From: Gemmatimonadales bacterium
GTDB taxonomy: Bacteria > Gemmatimonadota > Gemmatimonadetes > Gemmatimonadales > GWC2-71-9
Direction: 5' to 3'
Assembly: GCA_037189525.1 (NCBI GenBank)
Contig: JBBCJC010000001.1
Span: 512,001 to 576,000, forward strand
DNA length: 64,000 bases
The notes under the pieces were generated by a model. It was not told where the DNA came from, ran no database searches, and worked only from the letters and a program-made list of their open reading frames with translations. The translations under genes and the position numbers were made by a program. Positions 1 to 8,035 of this stretch are shown here, one piece after another. Position 1 is the first letter of the stretch. Each line of letters starts with the position of its first letter.

Positions 1-3000
1 AAGCGGAGGGTTCCCGTTCGGGGGTCACGGCTCTCGATGTCATAACCGAGCTTGTCGAACTCGCGATCGACCGGCTCGAACCCAAGCGCCACTTCCTGCG
101 CCATCACGGCGGCACGAGCTCGGGCCGCCGCTGCCTGCGTGTCCGCGATCTCTCGGAGCTCAGGTGGCAGTTCGGTACCCATCATCTTAGCCAGCAGACC
201 GACGGGCACGACGACGACACCACCCACGACGACCGGTGGCATCGGGGTGATCTGTGCCTCGAGATCAAGCTGAGTAATCCTCTTCGCCAACCGCCCCTGC
301 AGATCATCCGCTCGCCGCCGTGCCTCCTGCGAATTGAGGCGAGCATTGGTCTTCCCAGCCTGCTCCTGGAGCCGAAGCTCCTGGGCACGGCGGTCCCAGT
401 GATTGATCTCTTTGACGAGCCGGTCCTTGACCGCAGCCTTGGCCTTCTCAATCAACCCCAACCGACGGCCTCGAACTTCACTGAGGTGCTCGGGAACGAC
501 ATTCTGAATTGCATACGCCTGCGCCTGTCGCTCCAGGTCTCGACCGATCCAGGCTAACTCAGGCCTGCGCAAGATTTCCTCGGCTCCCGGTTCCGCGGCA
601 GCGAGCGGCCGATAGTCCAGGTACGGCGCGTACTGGAGGTGCCGAGTCGGACCATCAGGCAAGAGCTCGACGTATAGCATCCGCTGGGAAATGGTTCGAC
701 GCTCGCCGGAGCGGGTTTGGCTGGCATCCTGAATTGCGTGGTCGAGGTAGAGCAACACACGCGGCGTTTCGGATGGGTCCTGCGAATCAACCAACACTGC
801 TCCACGCCGCAGCAAGTCGCGGTTTCGTTCCAGCGTAAGGTCAAGCGTGGCGTCTAGCAGCGGATGCCCGGGGCAAATGAATGCCGCCGGAATCTCGCCC
901 TGGGGCGCCAGCAGCTGCTTCTCGAACGCAACCCGCTCATAACGGGGCAGAACTGGCTCGCGAATACCAATGATGCGATCCCGGTTGCGAACGGGGGCGG
1001 GAACGTTGGTAACCTCGTAGCGTCGAGACTCACGCTGCCGGATCGTCCCGCCAACCTGCTTGAAGGCCTCGAGAAAGAAGTCCTCGATGTAGTGCGGCTG
1101 AAGGCGGCGAGCTTCCGCCCGTTCCATTTCTTCGCGGACCCGCATGACACGACTCACGTCCATCGCGTCCTGGGCGAGCGCCCGATCTTCAAGCAACCCC
1201 TGGAGGTGAGAACGGTCCACCGCATTCTCGACAACCCGGTTCAGCTTAGCCCGGACATCAGGCTGTTCACCGTACCGAATTGCTTCGATCAGCAAATCAC
1301 GGAGCGGCTTGCCGTCGAACTGCACCCGGCCGAGCACGTCAAACACCTGCCCGCCAAGAGCCTTTCGGGCCTCCTCCAGCTTCTCAAAGAGGGTGTGGTA
1401 GACGTCGCCCTCTCGAGTCTCTTCTGCCAAAAGATTCCATAGGTGGCAGACTTCCGTCTGGCCGATCCGGTGAATCCGACCGAAACGCTGCTCGAGCCGA
1501 TTGGGGTTCCACGGCAGGTCGTAATTGACCATGAGGTGGGCGCGCTGGAGATTGATCCCCTCGCCTGCCGCATCGGTCGCAATGAGAACCCGAACTTCGG
1601 GGTCGTATCGGAAAGCCTCCTGCGCCTTGCTTCGCTCCTCACGCCCCATCCCGCCGTGGATAACTACGACTGCTTCTGGCAGTCCGAATCGCGTCGTGAT
1701 CTTCTGTTGGAGATAGTTGAGCGTATCGCGGTGCTCAGTGAAAAGCACCAATTTCTGTCGTGGGGACGAAGCCGGTTTCGGGACGCCTGCTGACCCATAA
1801 GGTGGTGCAACAGGTTCAGCCACCGTATCCGAACGAGCCGGAGGTGTGAACACCTCGTCAAAGACTCTCGCTAGCTCGGCCCACTTGCGGTCCTCGCCAC
1901 TTCGCCGGACGGTGTTCGCCAGCCCTTCGAGACCAACCAGAATGGCGATTTCGGCTTTCAGCTCGTCGATGGTACGCGCGGCAGTGGCCTGGTCGAGAAT
2001 CTGCTCCTCGGCAGCTTGCACCTCATCTTCAGGAGCATCCTCGAGGTCCTCGACATCGTCAGCGTCGAGCAAAGGCCCCAGCGGAGCTAGTTCGATCCCG
2101 CCCCGCTGCATGAGCTCGAGTTCTCGCATCCGCTTTTCCAGCCGCTCGCGCCTTCTCCGAAGAGACTGGTAGATCGCTTCTGGCGAGGAGGCCAGACGCC
2201 GCTGGAGGATCGTAAGCGCGAATCCGACCGTCCCCGCCCGTTTCTCGTTTTCGAGCGCTTCGGCCCGGTTGAACTGCTCGCGAACGTAGGCGGTAACTTC
2301 GCGGTACAGCTGCGCTTCCGCTGCGGAGAGTTTATAGGGAACCGTGTACGCAATGCGCTCCGGAAACAGCGGCGTTCCGTCGAACTTGAGCAGCCGTTCC
2401 TTGACCATCCGACGCATCAGATCCGTCACGTCCTGGGTATGGACGCCATCCCTGAACTTTCCTTCGAAACGATCGCCGTCGAGCAGCGCCATAAACAACT
2501 GGAAGTCCTCTTCCTTGCCATTGTGTGGCGTGGCCGTCATCAAAAGCAGGTTGCGCGTCAAGGAGCCGAGCAACTGACCGAGACGATACCGCTTGGTGTA
2601 CTTGACCTCCCCGCCAAAAAACGTGGCCGACATCTTGTGGGCTTCATCGCAAACGACGAGATCCCAGCGACAGTCGGGGGCCTGAAGCTTCTGCTGAACG
2701 TCCTCGTCTCGAGAGAGCTTGTCCAGCCGGGCAATGACAAGATGGTTCTCGAGAAACCAGTTTCCCGTACGGGCCGCCTCGAGCTTGTCGTTGGTAAGGA
2801 TGTCAAACGGCAGATTGAACCGCTTGAACAACTCGTCCTGCCACTGCTCGGCAAGGCTACCTGGGCAGACGATGAGGCAGCGCTGGAGGTCACCCCGAGC
2901 GATCAGCTCCTTGATCAGTAGCCCGGCCATGATCGTCTTCCCTGCGCCGGGATCGTCGGCCAACAGGAAACGAAGCGGCTGACGCGGAAGCATCGATTCG

Positions 3001-3341
3001 TAGACCGCCGTGATCTGATGGGGGAGCGGGTCAACGAGCGAGGTGTGAACAGCTAGGACCGGATCAAACAGGTGAGCCAGTCGGATTCGGTTGGCCTCAG
3101 AGACGAGGCGGAACAAGGCCCCATCGCCGTCGAAGCTCCAGGGTCGGCCCTGCTCGACCACCTCGAACCGAGGCTCGTCGTGGCGATAGAGCAACTGATT
3201 GGCAACACGACCCGCAGGGTCTTTATACGTGAGTTCCAGAGCGTCTGACCCGAACCACTGCGTGGTTACCACAGTGATCAGGGCATCAGGTATGAGGCCG
3301 CGAATGATGGCGCTGGCCCGAAGATCCTCCAGTTTGCTCAA
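1..3341 (-). CDS. SNF2-family (SF2) helicase with C-terminal DUF3883-like domain; 3' end truncated by the window edge
   Basis: Translated by hand, partially (absent from the ORF track, consistent with no in-window stop). TTG start after a GGAGGAG SD. Motifs PLPHQ, LLADDPGAGKT (Walker A), CDEAHKM (Walker B), LMTATPHNGK. At the window edge GYDIESRDPRTGTLR, as in DUF3883. Confidence 0.9.
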   Translation of the reverse strand, partial: MSKLEDLRASAIIRGLIPDALITVVTTQWFGSDALELTYKDPAGRVANQLLYRHDEPRFEVVEQGRPWSFDGDGALFRLVSEANRIRLAHLFDPVLAVHTSLVDPLPHQITAVYESMLPRQPLRFLLADDPGAGKTIMAGLLIKELIARGDLQRCLIVCPGSLAEQWQDELFKRFNLPFDILTNDKLEAARTGNWFLENHLVIARLDKLSRDEDVQQKLQAPDCRWDLVVCDEAHKMSATFFGGEVKYTKRYRLGQLLGSLTRNLLLMTATPHNGKEEDFQLFMALLDGDRFEGKFRDGVHTQDVTDLMRRMVKERLLKFDGTPLFPERIAYTVPYKLSAAEAQLYREVTAYVREQFNRAEALENEKRAGTVGFALTILQRRLASSPEAIYQSLRRRRERLEKRMRELELMQRGGIELAPLGPLLDADDVEDLEDAPEDEVQAAEEQILDQATAARTIDELKAEIAILVGLEGLANTVRRSGEDRKWAELARVFDEVFTPPARSDTVAEPVAPPYGSAGVPKPASSPRQKLVLFTEHRDTLNYLQQKITTRFGLPEAVVVIHGGMGREERSKAQEAFRYDPEVRVLIATDAAGEGINLQRAHLMVNYDLPWNPNRLEQRFGRIHRIGQTEVCHLWNLLAEETREGDVYHTLFEKLEEARKALGGQVFDVLGRVQFDGKPLRDLLIEAIRYGEQPDVRAKLNRVVENAVDRSHLQGLLEDRALAQDAMDVSRVMRVREEMERAEARRLQPHYIEDFFLEAFKQVGGTIRQRESRRYEVTNVPAPVRNRDRIIGIREPVLPRYERVAFEKQLLAPQGEIPAAFICPGHPLLDATLDLTLERNRDLLRRGAVLVDSQDPSETPRVLLYLDHAIQDASQTRSGERRTISQRMLYVELLPDGPTRHLQYAPYLDYRPLAAAEPGAEEILRRPELAWIGRDLERQAQAYAIQNVVPEHLSEVRGRRLGLIEKAKAAVKDRLVKEINHWDRRAQELRLQEQAGKTNARLNSQEARRRADDLQGRLAKRITQLDLEAQITPMPPVVVGGVVVVPVGLLAKMMGTELPPELREIADTQAAAARARAAVMAQEVALGFEPVDREFDKLGYDIESRDPRTGTLR

Positions 3342-3761
3342 GTACGGACTCCTCCGATCAAGCCGAACGCCCGCGAGGAAAATCGTTCATGGGTGTGTCA
3401 TTGAGCTGACAAGTGGCCCGGACCGGGGCTCGCTGAAATTAACCCAACCCCAGCAATGACAAAAGGTTACAGCATGGCATTGACGAAGTCGATCCCCCTA
3501 TGCATTGGGCTTTAGGAGAGACTACCCACAACCGTGGCTGCCCACGCTCGGGATGCCGCTCAAGCATGCATTGCCTCGACCCCGTTAATCCACAAACCGG
3601 AAACCGAAACTTGGCAAAATAGGAGCCACTATGTTGGGCTATTTGAAGGCCAATTCGACGGAAATGGAATCGAGCGCTGGCGATGTGTAGAGGGGGCTTG
3701 ATCGACAATGCCGCCGGATGGTCGACAGTCCCTCCACAGCAATTCGGTAACCGCGCGGACA

Positions 3762-3846
3762 CAACTTTTGAGCATTTCAAATGTACGAAAGTTGCCAAGA
3801 CTGGCACGACTAAGTACTTTCGAAAATCTGAAATGCTGGAAAGTTG
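3762..3846 (+). promoter_or_regulatory. Sigma70-like promoter overlapped by a 33-bp imperfect inverted repeat (putative autoregulatory operator)
   Basis: TTGCCA (3792-3797)-N17-TACTTT (3815-3820). Arms 3762-3794 and 3814-3846 match at 26/33 positions as an inverted pair. Confidence 0.65.
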
Positions 3847-3849
3847 ACA

Positions 3850-5685
3850 ATGGCGCTCCATCTCGTCGGCGAAACTATCGACAAGGCACAGGCCCACACC
3901 ATGGCCCAAGCCGGCCGGCTAGTTCAGCTGATGCGCGGTATCTATGTGAATGCCAGCGACGATGTCGAAGAAACCGTCCTCCGACATGCCATCCGGATCG
4001 CCCGATACCTCTACCCCCGCGCCTACCTCTCGGCGGCCAGCGCCATCCTGCTCGGCCCCACCCGCGATGGCCGGCTGTTCCTGAGCGGGCGCAATGCCCG
4101 GCGGACGCGCCTTCGGGCACTGGAGATCATCCAGAACGTGGCGCCCGAGCATCCATCGACCGCCCCGGCGTTCATCAACGACGGCATGGGCGAATTCACT
4201 GTCGAGGTGTCCTCGATCCGGCAACGTTTTCTCGAGGCATTCCGCATCCGAGGCGAGCACGCCGCGTCGCTCGACGAGGCCATGCGTGAGGGCGTCGCCA
4301 GGCGTCTCGTCGAAGAGTACGGCACGCCGCAGGCCGCCGCCGACGCCGTCTGGCGCCTGGCACGGGACAACGCATGGTATCGCGAAGGGGAACGCGCCGA
4401 ACGCTTCCTGCTGCATCGGCCCACAGCCACGCCCCCGCGCAACAAAGCGGCGCTGGACCTGACGGTTGCCTGGCATGGCACGCCGGTAGGCCGCCTGATG
4501 CATGACGGATTCGAATGGCGTTGGTACAGTAACCCATGGAAAGCGCCACCACTGATCCGGCAAACCACCCCGGGCGCGCTACCGCCCTTCATCGTTTCGT
4601 TGCTACCCGAAGGCTGGCTGGAGTCCGTGCTCCGCAGCAGCGACGAGCGCGCGTTGCTGCGGTCCGGCAAGCGGTACATGTCCAACATCACGATCGTCGA
4701 GCAACCGAGCGAATTGACCGAGTTGCCGGCCGACATCCTGACGACGCCGCTGGCGCGCTTCACGAACGACGGCATCTTCACCGGGCACTACGCCGGTCCG
4801 GGGCGCGGCCCGCTCGAAGAAAGTTTCGAACGCAACCTCGCCGCGATCTTTGCGGACAGCCGCACGCCGCGCTTGTCGGGCATCCAGATCAAAGCGCCGA
4901 TGTTCCTCGCGGAAGACGGCTCCTTGTTGCCGAGTGAGGACCGGCCGTTCACCCATATCCTCAAGCCCGCTGGCACCGGCGGCTTCGAAGCGTTGCCGCT
5001 GATCGAGTGGCAGGCCCTAACGCTTGGCGCAGCAATCGGACTCGACACTCCCGCCATGGCGCTCGTGTCCATGCCGGACGGCTTGCCGCCCGCCCTACTG
5101 GTCGAGCGCTTCGACATTCGCCAGAGCGAGAACGACACGCGCCTGCTCGCGCTAGAAGACCTGTGTTCCGTGTTGGGTGTCCCCTCATCGGCTAAGTACA
5201 GCGGCAGCATCGAACGGGTGGCTCGCGCCCTCCGGCCGCTCTCGACCACACCGCACGATGACCTGCTCGTCCTTTTCCGGCGTGCACTGTTCGCGTGGTG
5301 CATCGCCGATGGCGACATGCATCTCAAGAACCTGGCGTTACTCAAGATCGCCGAACCGGGCAAGGCCGCATTCGAAAGTGTGCGGATGGCGCCGCTCTAT
5401 GACGCCGTCACGACCCGCGTCTTTCCCCATCTGACGCGAGACCGCATGGCGCTCATGATTAACGGCAAAGACGATCGACTGCGCCGTTCCGATTTTATGA
5501 CTATGGCTGCAACGATCGGGGTACGGCCAACCGACGCGAAACAGACCATCGACGATCTGACCGCGCGCCTGCGCACCGAGATTGGTACACTGACCCTGCC
5601 GACCATCGCCGTCGAGTCACGAACGGCCGACCGCGCGGCTGCCATGCGCCGACTCGTAGGGGAACGAATCGATACACTGGCATAA
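3850..5685 (+). CDS. HipA-family Ser/Thr kinase toxin with N-terminal AbiEi-like/DNA-binding extension
   Basis: FIVSLLPEGWL (HipA N-terminal coupled region), LSGIQIK, ILKP, LLVERFD, DGDMHLKN, MAPLYD. About 200 extra N-terminal aa with LMRGIY and YLSAASA. Confidence 0.85.
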   Translation: MALHLVGETIDKAQAHTMAQAGRLVQLMRGIYVNASDDVEETVLRHAIRIARYLYPRAYLSAASAILLGPTRDGRLFLSGRNARRTRLRALEIIQNVAPEHPSTAPAFINDGMGEFTVEVSSIRQRFLEAFRIRGEHAASLDEAMREGVARRLVEEYGTPQAAADAVWRLARDNAWYREGERAERFLLHRPTATPPRNKAALDLTVAWHGTPVGRLMHDGFEWRWYSNPWKAPPLIRQTTPGALPPFIVSLLPEGWLESVLRSSDERALLRSGKRYMSNITIVEQPSELTELPADILTTPLARFTNDGIFTGHYAGPGRGPLEESFERNLAAIFADSRTPRLSGIQIKAPMFLAEDGSLLPSEDRPFTHILKPAGTGGFEALPLIEWQALTLGAAIGLDTPAMALVSMPDGLPPALLVERFDIRQSENDTRLLALEDLCSVLGVPSSAKYSGSIERVARALRPLSTTPHDDLLVLFRRALFAWCIADGDMHLKNLALLKIAEPGKAAFESVRMAPLYDAVTTRVFPHLTRDRMALMINGKDDRLRRSDFMTMAATIGVRPTDAKQTIDDLTARLRTEIGTLTLPTIAVESRTADRAAAMRRLVGERIDTLA

Positions 5686-5968
5686 CGGAATCGAGCCTGG
5701 AAATTGATAGCTGAGGGAAGCTAGGGAGTTTCGTTTCGAGCCTGCAACCTCTCGCTTAGCAGCCAGCATTGTATGACTCCACAGTACATCAACGGAGATA
5801 CAATCAAACGCGCCTGCCTTTCGGGCTAGGGTATCGCAGTCCGGTTGGTCTGCGAAGCGTAGTTCAGACAAGCAACCTACCGTATGTCCACTAAATCGAT
5901 GCGGCCCTAAGACAAGAGCAGGTTCGTCGACGCTCGTTAGCTGGCCTGAATAATGTCGGACGATTGCA

Positions 5969-6925
5969 CTACCACGGAATCTCGGCACCAAGGTAAAGAA
6001 GCTTTGCTTCGAGTTCTTTACGTTCGCGGCTCCGTGCCATTTCGCCAGACTCCGAAACGGCAAGGAGGCCTGCCTGCCTCGCGACATCTCTTGCCCGTTT
6101 AACATCACCTGCGATGAGGGCCCCGAGTACGTCGACCTCCACTCTCGAAAGTGAGACAGAGTGCAGTCTGTAATCACCGAATGCCTCCCAAACAATCGGC
6201 ACCCACCGCGCAACCACCTGTTCGCCGATCAACTGTGCATAGCTTCGAATCTCGTATTGAGCGTGCGTGTCCATCCTAAGCAGGAGAAAGTGGAGCAGAT
6301 TGTGGAGGTCGATCTTCCAGTATGCTTCTGTATATGTAGAAAGAGGTAGGTCTTTCCGCGCTTGCTCACGTGCCACTCCAGCGTTGAGACGGGCTTCATA
6401 AACACGCCTCAGTTCCCGGTGGATGGCCTGTTCCTCATCTGACAAGACGGAACCGATCGCCAGAGGAAGAAATCCGTCACTACCTTGCCGGTTCTCACCG
6501 GCCTGTTGGCGCCATCGATCCGCAGCCGTCTGTTCAGCGGAGTCAATCGCGACGGAATAGCGAGTCGAATATTCGTTGACACTCGCAGTTCTATGGCGGA
6601 TCCATTGCCGCCATACATCCATAGGTGCGCGCACGTGCAACTTGATCTCACACATCTCAAACGGCGTAGTGTGATGATGCCGCATTAGATACCGAATCAA
6701 ACCGCGATCCTCATGCACACGCTTCGTTCCAACACCGTAGGAAACGCGAGCTGCCTGCACCACAGAGGCGTCGTTTCCCATATAGTCTACGACCCTCACA
6801 AATCCGTCATCGAGAACGTGGAGCGGAACACCGAGAATCGCGTCCAGATCGGGCGTGATCGGCCGACCGACCGGCTCCGGCTTAGATACGCCACCATCCG
6901 CCGCTCCCCTCACCGGCTCAGTCAT
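5969..6925 (-). CDS. thyX: Flavin-dependent thymidylate synthase ThyX
   Basis: ARVSY, HTTPFE, RQWIRHRTASVNEYSTRY (ThyX signature), REQARKDLP, HAQYEIR. Confidence 0.95.
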   Translation of the reverse strand: MTEPVRGAADGGVSKPEPVGRPITPDLDAILGVPLHVLDDGFVRVVDYMGNDASVVQAARVSYGVGTKRVHEDRGLIRYLMRHHHTTPFEMCEIKLHVRAPMDVWRQWIRHRTASVNEYSTRYSVAIDSAEQTAADRWRQQAGENRQGSDGFLPLAIGSVLSDEEQAIHRELRRVYEARLNAGVAREQARKDLPLSTYTEAYWKIDLHNLLHFLLLRMDTHAQYEIRSYAQLIGEQVVARWVPIVWEAFGDYRLHSVSLSRVEVDVLGALIAGDVKRARDVARQAGLLAVSESGEMARSRERKELEAKLLYLGAEIPW

Positions 6926-6937
6926 CGTAGCTTCACC

Positions 6938-8035
6938 TTACCCCCCTAGCTCCAAATACGCCCGTCTCTCTCTCGTTGCGATGTCATCGACAAGCGCCTT
7001 CAGGCGTCCGAACGACAACATCCACCTCTGACCCGTTCCGCTACTGTATTGGGGAAGAAACCCCTCAGGCGAGGGATACTCAATGTGGATATCAGGATGA
7101 AGGGCCTTGGCAAAGAAACAACCTACGGCCTGCATCTTGCTTCCAGCGGGTGCGAGTAGTACACGGTGTGTCTCTGAGAGCTCCCAATACAGCTCGACCA
7201 AGAGAGAAACTGTTTCCCGATAGTCCAGGGTTGACACGGCCCGGATAGGAAGCTCGTCGCCCAGCGCATCGGCTACACTTGGGTTGTCGTTCATCCACTC
7301 TCGGCATACTTCGGCGTGAATCCAAGCTGTAGCTTGCTGCCGCCAATGATGGACGGGTGGACGCCCGTTGATCAGCAGAAGGCGACTTGGGTACACGGTG
7401 TTCAATAAGACTTGCGTTAATGTATCGTTAAAGGACATGAAGACGACCGCCGCAGTAGGCTGACCCTGCATCGCGACACTCGAGAGACTTCCAACCCGGA
7501 CGACACCATGAACGCCAGTATAAATCTGAAGCGTGGGGCGATGGATCTCGTTGCGACGTCGAGCTGTTTCGAATTCCTCATGACTAGGGCCGTAGATCTC
7601 AGCCTCCGAGTAGAGGAGGATCACTTCACGGTCAAGCTCCAAGCATACCTTCAACGTGAGAATCACAGCCAGCTTGGACATCGTCGAGATATCAACTACA
7701 ACCCGCTGCGCGTTACGTTGCGCCAGTCGTTCCCGCAAGGCTCCCTCATACCCCGCCGGGTTGAACCGATCGTACTCGACGATATCCGAACTCTGTGTTT
7801 CGACGCCGCAGGCTTTTAATCCGTTGCGGACGTCAGCTAGCCTGTTGCCCTCGTTGTACGGTAGATAGGTAAGTAGAATCGCAGATGCCCCCGGATCTGC
7901 CACTAGCAGATCTAACAGCGACAACGTCCTGTCTTCGAATCCTGGTGCATGTACGATGACGTCCTGGGGGCCGATGAGTATCCGGTTTACAGGTGAAAGG
8001 ACAGGCAGCGCAGCCCCTAGGTCGTGCAAAATCAT
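6938..8035 (-). CDS. Hypothetical protein with two Rossmann/CARF-like repeats
   Basis: 365-aa ORF, TAATG overlap with the upstream gene, GAGGAG SD. Repeated strand-loop-helix patterns VVVDISTMSK and VLLAPAGSK. The fold call is inference. Confidence 0.7.
   Translation of the reverse strand: MILHDLGAALPVLSPVNRILIGPQDVIVHAPGFEDRTLSLLDLLVADPGASAILLTYLPYNEGNRLADVRNGLKACGVETQSSDIVEYDRFNPAGYEGALRERLAQRNAQRVVVDISTMSKLAVILTLKVCLELDREVILLYSEAEIYGPSHEEFETARRRNEIHRPTLQIYTGVHGVVRVGSLSSVAMQGQPTAAVVFMSFNDTLTQVLLNTVYPSRLLLINGRPPVHHWRQQATAWIHAEVCREWMNDNPSVADALGDELPIRAVSTLDYRETVSLLVELYWELSETHRVLLAPAGSKMQAVGCFFAKALHPDIHIEYPSPEGFLPQYSSGTGQRWMLSFGRLKALVDDIATRERRAYLELGG

Noticed and set aside
52..3459. Many short ORFs in the track over the first 3.4 kb
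   Set aside because: They are shadows of the long minus-strand helicase frame that the track missed.
5686..5968. Lower-GC spacer between hipA-like gene and thyX as an ncRNA or fifth gene
   Set aside because: No convincing ORF, hairpin or repeat recognised.
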